From a virus (taxonomy: Duplodnaviria > Caudoviricetes): a DNA stretch of 64,000 nt. The position numbers were made by a program, and so were the translations under genes. The DNA lies in the IMG/VR virus record IMGVR_UViG_3300031867_000020, positions 32,001-96,000 of that record; one strand, 5' to 3'. Every line of letters begins with the position of its first letter. Positions within the stretch are counted from its first letter, which is position 1. Below the pieces are notes generated by a model. That model was given only the letters and a program-made list of their open reading frames with translations, was not told the origin of the DNA and made no database searches. Positions 1 through 8,400 of this stretch are shown here, piece after piece.

Positions 1-117
1 AGGCTTCCGAAAAACTTGAAGTATAAGAATCTTCCTGTTACGTCCATGGTTTTTGGTGACTATCTCAATAAGATCTTTAACGACATTGCCGCGAACGACG
101 TGAATGTTGAAGTTTAA
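1..117 (+). CDS. 3' end of a gene entering the window (virion head/neck region, unknown)
   Basis: Frame 1 is open from base 1 (RLPKNLKYKNLPVTSMVFGDYLNKIFNDIAANDVNVEV) to TAA at 115-117, just before the next gene's RBS. Confidence 0.6.
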   Translation, partial: RLPKNLKYKNLPVTSMVFGDYLNKIFNDIAANDVNVEV

Positions 118-125
118 GAAAGAAG

Positions 126-863
126 GTGGCCATGGTGCCTGTTGAATATGTTCCACAAGGAACAAACAAGCGGTTTCGTATTCCTCGCACATTGGCCGCT
201 GACTTCACGAAATTCCTTGATCACGATATTCCTAATACTGTTATGAGCTTTACTATTCTAAAAGATTGGTATGAACAGTTTGAGGAAGACTACGAAGCCA
301 AAACTATTAGAGCTGAGATCTATCCCGATTCAACAAAGAGCCGCTATGAAAATACGGATAACAATATGAACATCCGTGCCGATGTGAACAGCGGTATCCG
401 AAAGGGAGATATGCTGATTCAGCCCGACGGTCAGATCTTCCTTCTGGACTGGATGGTTGCGCTTGAAAGTAACAACGCTCCTTCCAGAGCTTTAAGATGC
501 AATATTTATATCACCATAGAGCGCTATCAACAAGAAGAAGTTGACGACATGGGATATCTGATCACACCGGAAGGCTGGCAAACTGTTGTAAACAATCTTC
601 CGGCAAATGCTTATCGGTACGATGGCAGACCGGAATACAGCGCTATTGCTGGAACCCCAGGCGTTTCGCCCAACGCTTTAACGCTGATGAGTGTTCAGTA
701 CAACAGTCAGACAAAGAATATCCATATTGACGACAGGTTCTTATGGGGAAATGAATACTATCAGATTGTGGATATCGATAGGGTAGGCTTAGATGTGAAT
801 CAGGAACATGGCACATTAAAGCTCCAAGCTAAAAAGGCGGCGGGTGGTATCATTGGATATTGA
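126..863 (+). CDS. putative head-tail joining/neck protein
   Basis: 245-aa beta-rich ORF upstream of the tail terminator and major tail genes; function from synteny. Confidence 0.55.
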   Translation: MAMVPVEYVPQGTNKRFRIPRTLAADFTKFLDHDIPNTVMSFTILKDWYEQFEEDYEAKTIRAEIYPDSTKSRYENTDNNMNIRADVNSGIRKGDMLIQPDGQIFLLDWMVALESNNAPSRALRCNIYITIERYQQEEVDDMGYLITPEGWQTVVNNLPANAYRYDGRPEYSAIAGTPGVSPNALTLMSVQYNSQTKNIHIDDRFLWGNEYYQIVDIDRVGLDVNQEHGTLKLQAKKAAGGIIGY

Positions 864-1368
864 TGTTTCTACTATTTTGATGCCTCTCATCCAACCGCTG
901 GAAACATTCTACACCAATCTTGCAAAGTCAGAGTTGTCAAAAGTAGCTTCGGAATACAGTGATAACTCAGCTGAAGCAGCCGCCACGCAACAGGCTGTGG
1001 ATGGTGTGAAAGCTGTTATTCGGGCCGAAGGATCTTCTTTTGCGCTGACATTTGAATTTGCGGAGACGATGTGGATGGATGTAATCAACAGCGGACAGGG
1101 GCAGCCTTCACTTGGAGGATCCGGAGGAACCGTAACTGGTCCGAACGGAGAAACGTACCCAAGCAAAGTGCCTAAGCAATTCTGGGGAACGCCGCTTCCA
1201 TTTGATGGGGCTGAACCTGCATCCAATGTCATGGAAAATGTATATACCATGGCTAACACACTGTTCCCCGGAGATATCAGAAATATCGTAACAAACGCAA
1301 AAGATGAAATTATGGATGTAATCAAACCTATCATCAGAGACAAAATCATGAGCACGTTGGGAGTGTGA
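844..1368 (+). CDS. putative tail completion/neck protein
   Basis: 174-aa ORF overlapping its neighbour in the structural operon; synteny only. Confidence 0.45.
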   Translation: MVSLDIDVSTILMPLIQPLETFYTNLAKSELSKVASEYSDNSAEAAATQQAVDGVKAVIRAEGSSFALTFEFAETMWMDVINSGQGQPSLGGSGGTVTGPNGETYPSKVPKQFWGTPLPFDGAEPASNVMENVYTMANTLFPGDIRNIVTNAKDEIMDVIKPIIRDKIMSTLGV

Positions 1369-1372
1369 TAAC

Positions 1373-1849
1373 ATGCTTGGATGGATTGACGCATGGAACA
1401 GCATCATCAGGAATGTTATCTTTCCTGACGCTGAATTAAAGAAACTTATGATGATTCCTGAGAATACAAATATCATTCAGTTTAATGACAGGTATTTTAT
1501 CAAAGCAGGATATGCAAATAAGCTTCTGACAGACGAACATGTGCGTATTTCTTATGCGGACATACCAGGTTCCGATACAGCCGTTCCAAGTGTCAGACGG
1601 AACATGATGACGTTTGACATATACTGCAAGATCGAAGATCTGCATAATATCAGCAACGAACCCGGATCAGACCGACTGAGATACAGGACTTATCTGATTG
1701 GGGCAAGGCTGAAACAATTGCTGATGCAGGAACGGCATCTGAATAACACCGCGTATCATTTTGAGATCGCAGGTGACTGGGATCTTGGAACAAGGACTGT
1801 AGGATACGCAAGATATACAATTGCTTTTTATTACATGAAAGCTTACTGA
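1373..1849 (+). CDS. putative tail terminator protein
   Basis: 158 aa with a 'TFDIYC' strand and C-terminal 'YARYTIAFYY'; directly upstream of the major tail gene. Confidence 0.5.
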   Translation: MLGWIDAWNSIIRNVIFPDAELKKLMMIPENTNIIQFNDRYFIKAGYANKLLTDEHVRISYADIPGSDTAVPSVRRNMMTFDIYCKIEDLHNISNEPGSDRLRYRTYLIGARLKQLLMQERHLNNTAYHFEIAGDWDLGTRTVGYARYTIAFYYMKAY

Positions 1850-2038
1850 AGAAACCAGCTATATGCTGTTTCTATATTTATTTTTGGGGTTATGAAATAC
1901 CTCTCTAAGGAACCAAAGGTAAAAGGGCACTAAAGGCAAAAGGTAAGAAGGACCTCTCTTAGATATCGTAATTCTACGCTTGTAGGAGGGCAAAGAATTA
2001 TTGATATACATATTAAATGGAAAGAGGTCGAAGTACAA

Positions 2039-2842
2039 ATGGCTACTTATGTACCTGAGTTTCAAGGCTATATTGCCGACGTGCCGCGCCTGTGGTTTAA
2101 GCGCTGCGATGGCCGTATCTTCTATTTCGACGAACTGACCGCTGCTACTGTTACTCCTCAGGTTAACTATACTGAGGTGCAGGCCGGTTGGTCCCTGTAT
2201 CCTGTGGCTTATCTGCCGGGTCAGTCTACCTTCGAGATGAACCTCACTTCCGGTAAGTTTGAGGCGGATCTGTTCGTTATGACGAACTCTACCGAGTTTG
2301 TTGAGAACGCCAACTATCAGACCACCTACACCGAGACTCTGGTTCCGGATGGCAACAACGAAGTTGAGCTGCGGTATATTCCTGTTACTGGCACTGTGTC
2401 TATTGCCGGTATGGAAGAGACTGCTCAGACTCCTTCTGATGGCGGCGCTTCTGGCAAGCCCACCTTCAAGGTGACTATTATCACCGGTACTGGCAGCGAG
2501 GCTGTCGGCGCGAAGGTTACTTTCGCCTCTGGTGTCGTGCAGAGCCAGGTGGAAGTTTCCTACTATTATACCATCTCTGCGAACGAGGCGCTGATTGACA
2601 ACCGTAGCTCTGCTATGGGCGAAGCTGTTCTGAAGTGGCCGGTTTACGGTAATGGCGATGACTGCACGGACGCTGCCATCATCGGCTATGCCATCATGCG
2701 TGTCTTCAAGTGCCGCGTTACCGCGCAGCCTGGTTTCGACAGCTCTTATAAGACTGCCGGTACCTATCAGTTCACTCTGGCCGCTATGGACGCGAAAAGG
2801 AACGACGAAAAGACCTATTCTCTGGCGTACTTTAAGATCTAA
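2039..2842 (+). CDS. major tail (tube) protein
   Basis: 267-aa beta-rich, T/G-rich ORF with strongly biased high-expression codons; followed by a terminator, then chaperones and TMP. Confidence 0.75.
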   Translation: MATYVPEFQGYIADVPRLWFKRCDGRIFYFDELTAATVTPQVNYTEVQAGWSLYPVAYLPGQSTFEMNLTSGKFEADLFVMTNSTEFVENANYQTTYTETLVPDGNNEVELRYIPVTGTVSIAGMEETAQTPSDGGASGKPTFKVTIITGTGSEAVGAKVTFASGVVQSQVEVSYYYTISANEALIDNRSSAMGEAVLKWPVYGNGDDCTDAAIIGYAIMRVFKCRVTAQPGFDSSYKTAGTYQFTLAAMDAKRNDEKTYSLAYFKI

Positions 2843-2891
2843 TTCTTGTTAAAAAGGGTATTGATTAAAGGTTGCAGCAAGAATTAAATGG

Positions 2892-2922
2892 GGGTGCTGC
2901 AATTGTTGCAGCACCCTTTTTT
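2892..2922 (+). terminator. intrinsic terminator after the major tail gene
   Basis: GGGTGCTGCAA-ttg-TTGCAGCACCC 11-bp stem followed by T6. Confidence 0.85.
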
Positions 2923-2943
2923 ATTTCTTGAGGAGATGATATT

Positions 2944-3465
2944 ATGAGCGAAAAACCTATTCCTGAAGTTACTGCTTTAAATCAGGAACTTCCAGAGCAT
3001 CATGAGATTATCAAAGAAGTTCCAAAGGAAACACAACCCGTACCGGACAAGCCGACCAACACTGAACCGGAAAAGGAGTTGCCTCCTGATAAACCATTGG
3101 AGAATTGTGTTCAGGTCGGAGATCGGCTTATTGAAATTAAACCGACAAAACTTAAGTATTTTCGGAACAGAACTGCTTCGATTTACAGCATTCTTAAGAT
3201 GATCCCGCTTGGTGAGTTTCTTGCATATGAAGAAGGAACGTTCGATAAGAACCGGGACTCTGACCAAATATTGTTTGATTTTCTTGTTGCTGTGTTTGAT
3301 GATGTCGATCTGGTGCGGACTTATTATGACGACATGACCGCCGAAGATATTGATAAAATTCTGAAAATCTTCGGTCGGCTTAATCATATAGACGAAAAAG
3401 AAGAAGAAGCTAAAAAGAAACAGGAAGAAGCAAGAAAAAACAAGGAAGCCCAGGCGAAGCGTTAA
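2944..3465 (+). CDS. tail assembly chaperone (lambda gpG-like)
   Basis: 173 aa, lies between the major tail gene and TMP; in-frame slippery A_AAA_AAC near its 3' end. Confidence 0.75.
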   Translation: MSEKPIPEVTALNQELPEHHEIIKEVPKETQPVPDKPTNTEPEKELPPDKPLENCVQVGDRLIEIKPTKLKYFRNRTASIYSILKMIPLGEFLAYEEGTFDKNRDSDQILFDFLVAVFDDVDLVRTYYDDMTAEDIDKILKIFGRLNHIDEKEEEAKKKQEEARKNKEAQAKR

Positions 3466-3812
3466 ACCTTGACGAAGCGGCAGCTGCTGTCGCTGCTCAC
3501 CTGGGCATAGCAGAAGAAGAACGCATTGACAATATGTCATACATTTGGTTTAACTCAGTTCTTGAAGCTCTTGGAAAGCGTTTAAGCTATGAAGCTGTTG
3601 TGAATCTTTATGGTAACAGCTTTGCGAAAGATGCAGCAAGCATTGTCTCTGCTGCGAATCCGCTGTTCAAAAATGTGCCCAAGTCGAGCGGTGCTGGTAT
3701 TATGGGCCTCATGGGTCAAATCAAAGTTATCGATGCATCCAAGAGCGACCAGCAAAAGATCGCAGAAAAGACAATGGGTGATATCAGCTGGGCTGAAGGA
3801 CTATTTGACTAA
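3435..3812 (+). CDS. tail assembly chaperone -1 frameshift extension (gpGT-like)
   Basis: The -1 frame is open from the slippery site (KQGSPGEALNLDEAAAAVAAHLGIAEEERIDNMSYIW...) and continuous with track ORF 3534-3812. Confidence 0.75.
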   Translation, partial: KKQGSPGEALNLDEAAAAVAAHLGIAEEERIDNMSYIWFNSVLEALGKRLSYEAVVNLYGNSFAKDAASIVSAANPLFKNVPKSSGAGIMGLMGQIKVIDASKSDQQKIAEKTMGDISWAEGLFD

Positions 3813-3895
3813 GGAGAATATATTATGGGCGAACATATAGATGTATTTTGGTGGACTTGGGACAAACATGAAGACAAACAAGAGGAGGAAGACAC

Positions 3896-4270
3896 ATGGT
3901 ACCAAATAATGAAGCCTTTTATTTCTACGAAAAAATGATGGAAGGCCATACGAACAACAACGCTGCGCTGTTTGAAAGCTCTGTCAGGCAATGGCTTGAT
4001 CTCGGGCTGGATAGTCCGTTTGAGTATGACACATCTGAGAACGAGTATTACTATCAGATGCAGCGAGCGCATTCTGTATGGCGCAGACAAGGCTGTGACC
4101 AGAAGATCAACCGCAGGAGGATGATCGCTGCTGCGACAGAACTGGCGAAGCTTAATCTGCCGAACCCGTACACAAAAGTAAAAACAGTTAATCAACCAAA
4201 GACGGCTGCTTACGAACCGGAAGAAGAAAAGAAGACATCTTTTCTTCAGCGCCTATTTCGAAAAGGGTGA
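3896..4270 (+). CDS. hypothetical protein
   Basis: 124 aa, GGAGG RBS. Confidence 0.65.
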   Translation: MVPNNEAFYFYEKMMEGHTNNNAALFESSVRQWLDLGLDSPFEYDTSENEYYYQMQRAHSVWRRQGCDQKINRRRMIAAATELAKLNLPNPYTKVKTVNQPKTAAYEPEEEKKTSFLQRLFRKG

Positions 4271-4276
4271 CAGCAA

Positions 4277-4429
4277 ATGACAGTCATTGAGTTGATTTAT
4301 GCGTTGTACACTTTGCCGGAAGATCTTCCGGTTGTATTCAAAGGGTTTTCGACAGAACCTGTCATAGACGCAACTATTGACGAGATGGTTATTAACGATA
4401 AGACAGAAACCGTTTGTGTTCTGTATTAA
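4277..4429 (+). CDS. small hypothetical protein (50 aa, below track cutoff)
   Basis: MTVIELIYALYTLPEDLPVVFKG...; AAGGGTG RBS; fills the gap exactly. Confidence 0.6.
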   Translation: MTVIELIYALYTLPEDLPVVFKGFSTEPVIDATIDEMVINDKTETVCVLY

Positions 4430-4439
4430 GGAGGGTTTT

Positions 4440-4829
4440 ATGTTATATTCAGCATTTATGTTAAAAGCCAAAGAGGAAGTATTGTCTCAGGCTCATAATG
4501 GCAAGTGGTATCTTGAGCCGGAATGGCGGGATATATTGTATCACAGTATGAATGTTAATCCTGCCAAGCTGAGCGGAAGCTATTCTCCGTCGTGGGAAGC
4601 TATTGAAGATGTGTTAAAGCTTGAAGTCGAAAGACGCAACCTTCTTGAGGATCATACCTCTGAAGTTGTCGACTGGCTTTATGATGTAATCACAACAGCT
4701 GTTGAACCGGCGATGCTTGAAGAGGAAACTGAGTATATTAAAAATCTGACTGAGTATCTGAAAACGACGAACGAAAAAGAGCCGGAAGCAAACATATTTC
4801 CGACTCAATTAAACTTCGAGAAAAAGTAA
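4440..4829 (+). CDS. hypothetical protein
   Basis: Start revised to ATG 4440 after an AAGGAGG RBS. Confidence 0.65.
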   Translation: MLYSAFMLKAKEEVLSQAHNGKWYLEPEWRDILYHSMNVNPAKLSGSYSPSWEAIEDVLKLEVERRNLLEDHTSEVVDWLYDVITTAVEPAMLEEETEYIKNLTEYLKTTNEKEPEANIFPTQLNFEKK

Positions 4830-4838
4830 TTGATTATG

Positions 4839-4868
4839 GGGAGAGATTAATTAATCTCTCCCTTTTTT
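4839..4868 (+). terminator. intrinsic terminator between convergent units
   Basis: Perfect palindrome GGGAGAGATT-AATT-AATCTCTCCC followed by T6. Confidence 0.75.
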
Positions 4869-5086
4869 CTTTTGTAGTCAGTGTAGCCCCATTGTATCTT
4901 TCCGCAGATCCTGCATTCGTACACATCTCCGTGAAGACCAAGACGGTTGGAGCGATAAACTTTGTCGCAGCCAGGACAATAATATCCTAAAATCTTTCCG
5001 CACGAAGAACATACATACAGATTGTCGATCTCGTACTCCGGAACGTGAGTGTCTATCTTACAATCAGGGCAGTATATACCGTTCAT
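4847..5086 (-). CDS. multi-CxxC zinc-ribbon protein (moron gene 2)
   Basis: 79 aa with four CxxC pairs; GGAGG RBS; paralog of its neighbour. Confidence 0.75.
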   Translation of the reverse strand: MNGIYCPDCKIDTHVPEYEIDNLYVCSSCGKILGYYCPGCDKVYRSNRLGLHGDVYECRICGKIQWGYTDYKRKKGEIN

Positions 5087-5103
5087 TCAATCCTCCAAGC
5101 TAA

Positions 5104-5409
5104 TCAGAACGGGAAAGAGGAAGATCTTGAGAATATTGCGTTACGGAAACGCATTTGTTCAGTGTAGTCCCACTGGACTTTACCGCAGGTTTTACATTCG
5201 TATACATCACCATGGAGACCGAAATTTGTTGAAGGGTACACCTTGTCACACCCTAAGCACTTGCATGCCAACCCACGACAAGGACCGCCATTTGCAGTTG
5301 GAGTTAAGCAACGAAATGTAGTTTTAAGTCCATTATGCGCTCCCCAAATTTCACCTCCACAGCTGGGACATACAACACCCTCAAACCGAAGCTCAACTTT
5401 ATCGCTCAT
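5104..5409 (-). CDS. multi-Cys zinc-ribbon protein (moron gene 1)
   Basis: Start revised to MSDKVEL (GGAGGTG RBS); shares 'GCDKVY.S...GLHGDVYEC..CGK.QW.YT' with its neighbour. Confidence 0.75.
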   Translation of the reverse strand: MSDKVELRFEGVVCPSCGGEIWGAHNGLKTTFRCLTPTANGGPCRGLACKCLGCDKVYPSTNFGLHGDVYECKTCGKVQWDYTEQMRFRNAIFSRSSSFPF

Positions 5410-5442
5410 GTCAACACCTCCATTAGTATTATTTGTGGAATT

Positions 5443-5471
5443 ATTATAACCATTTTGCATGCGAGTGTCAA
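5443..5471 (-). promoter_or_regulatory. consensus sigmaA/sigma70 promoter driving the zinc-ribbon pair
   Basis: Minus strand TTGACA (5471-5466), 17-nt spacer, TATAAT (5448-5443). Confidence 0.85.
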
Positions 5472-5499
5472 CAATATTTTTTTAGAAGGAGGAGCTATT

Positions 5500-8400
5500 A
5501 TGCCAGACGAAGAAATTGTTGCATCAATAAAAGTTCGGCTTGAACAAGAAGGCATCGATAAAGCAGTTACGCAAATCGATGAATTGAAAAAAAGTGCTCA
5601 ATCTTATCAAGACACACTTAACGGAACAGATGATCAGAGACCAGCTTACTTAAACTATGCTACGGATACGTTTGCTTCGTTAAGTAAAACAATGACCGAA
5701 TTTGCAAGTTTAATAAAACAAACAGGTGTTGATATTTCGTCTTCGATGCTTAGACCATTTGAAGCAGCCAAATCTATTATGACTGATATGCAGAAAGCGA
5801 TGGGTGGCAAAAAATTCAATGCTTCAAGCTTCTTTGAAAACGAAAAAACATTTTCAAACATTTTGCATTTAAGTGAGTTTTCTTCTGTTCTTGGGAGAAT
5901 AAATGGTTTGCTCTCTACCGGAAAATCATTTGAGTCCAAGTTTGGTTGGAGTGCAAGTCAATTTAATCAGGTTATGCCATTATTAATGAATAGAACAATT
6001 CAAAATAAAGTCAATGAAATAAAAACAAACATGCGTGACGCCGGAGATTTGGATGTTAATGATTATGTGTCTCAATTGATGAATTCTAAAGCAATTACTG
6101 ATGTATTAAAGAATCAAACTATATCACAAGCTAATTCTCGCGGAATGACGAAATCTCAAATGAGAGAAAATTTGAGACTTGCTCTTATGCTTAATTCGTC
6201 GACAGCAAGAGAACGTTTTGGACGAGTAGCACTGGCTCGTGCTCCTATTGAAAATGGAACTCCTATTATATCATCTCCATTAACAATACCAGCGCAATTT
6301 CGATCTGCATATCTTGGCAGAGGTTATGCTTCGGAAGAAGAATCTAAAGCGTTTCTTTCTTCTTTAACCAGAGAAAAGGCAAATCAAAGTGTTAATCATA
6401 ATGTTTATAGAAGACTCAGAGAGTACGTTAACAATGATGAAGATGGTGTAGTTCTTAATCAGGCATTAAGAGATGCTGGCATTATGCGAATTGTCAACGG
6501 CGAATCTCATTGGGCTAAACGTCTGACTGTTCAACAGGCGAGTTTGTTTGCAGGACTTGCTGCTCGAGAATTATACGATGCTAAAAGAGGTTATACTTTC
6601 TATGATGCTGATCCTAATGACCCTGGCAACAACTATAGAGTTGATAGAAGATTAAATCGAAGAGTGCGAGGAGCTTCTTCTATTCTGTCCATTTTAAGTG
6701 GAGATGAAAATATTAGACCGGAGTTGTCCTTGCGTAATTCCGATGGGAAATGGAAGTATGAAGACGCTGTTGTTGATGCTAACACGGATTATCTTAAAGG
6801 TCATAGGCGTGATCAGATAAGAAGAATATCAAACACACCTGCAATAACTCAGTTTGTTGCACCGAACACTTATGCAGATGAAAAAGGAAATCTTGTATTT
6901 AGAGATCCTAAATGGCAAAAAAAGACACGTTTTGCTGAAGGGGAATATATCGAACCGGATCATATGATCGGTATGACAGATAACTCGATATATGAACTTT
7001 TATCTCACATTAAATGGAAATCTCCGACAACTAATCGCACTTTCAAAGCAGAAGGCCCAGGAACCTTTGGTTGGGGCCGGTACGAAAATAACGTCCTTGA
7101 TTCTAATGGAAATGTAAAATTCAAAAGAGGAGAAGCTATATACGATACTCCTCCGATTATCAGCGTAGATGCTATGGATTATTTCACCGAGGACAAAAAT
7201 GGAAAAACGATAATAAACCCAGATAAAGAAAAAGCTTTTCGTCAACTTTTGAGCGGTTCGAGAAATTATGGTGGAAGAAGCTATTCGTATTTAAATCAAA
7301 GCGAAGGCCAAATCTATATGATCGAAGATAGTGCCAAGAAAGCTATTCAAGAGTGGACAGAAAGCCAAGGAATTCCAGACTTTTTCGAAGGTGGCAATCC
7401 TTTCGGTCTTTCATCTTTGGCGAAAGATCCTAAAGATCTGATAAAACAAATTAACTCTATGCGTAAAAGCACTTCTTCGGCTTCGACATATGAATCATTG
7501 TACGGTAAACTGCCAGAAATGTCGACACGAGTTGCTAATCTGACAGCTTTTTTTAATGCTTTAAGAAAAAGCGGATTTAGCGCTTATGGTAATATTAATG
7601 ACAAAGAAGAAAAGGCCGGAACTGTTCCTGATGGTGTTGCTTTGGGTAATTCTGAATTTTTCAGAAATGGACCAATGCAAATGAGATCTGCTTTGGGTTA
7701 TGGTAAATATGTTCTAAACCCTTATAACTTCAAAGAAATGTTTGGTTCTGTGTTTTCAAATATAGATCAATCAAAAGTCACAGATAATTCGTATAATAAT
7801 AATTGGTTGATTTCAAAAGGAAGCCAGAAAGATCAATTTGATTATTGGCTCCCTGGCATTAACGCAACAGTAGAAGATGTAATGACGTTGATGTCTGGTA
7901 CAAATAGCGGATTATCTGAAGATGAGTTAAGAAAATTAAGAGAAGCACGCTTTTTTAAAGCCACGGAAGAAAACCTCGGTATGGTGATGACAGACAAAAC
8001 ATCTAAACAAAACGACCAATTCAAGCATCTAACATTAAGCCAATATGCTCAGTTTAAAGGATATGGAAAAGATAATGCTGCTCGAAAAAGGGCGTTAGAT
8101 GAATTAAGCAAAAGAGACTTTGTTACAGTAGATGATAAAGGAAAGAAAGTTGCGCATAGCGCGTATGATGCTGCTACCGGTTTAGTTGAATTAACGCCTG
8201 AAGAACAAGGTTTGCTTCATGATAAAATGACTCCTGATTTAATGGTGATGAGAAACGAATATGATTTTGCTAATGAAAAAGGTATAATGTCACAACAGAT
8301 GGCCGCAGCGTTAGGCATCAGTGTTGAAGATATTTCAAAATCAGACGCAGAGTTTGAAAGACGAATCTATGAATTGCAAACAAGTCGCGGCCGAATGAAA

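Noticed and set aside
5335-5499. Track start of the giant ORF at 5335
   Set aside because: It overlaps the minus-strand gene and its promoter; the strong RBS sits before ATG 5500
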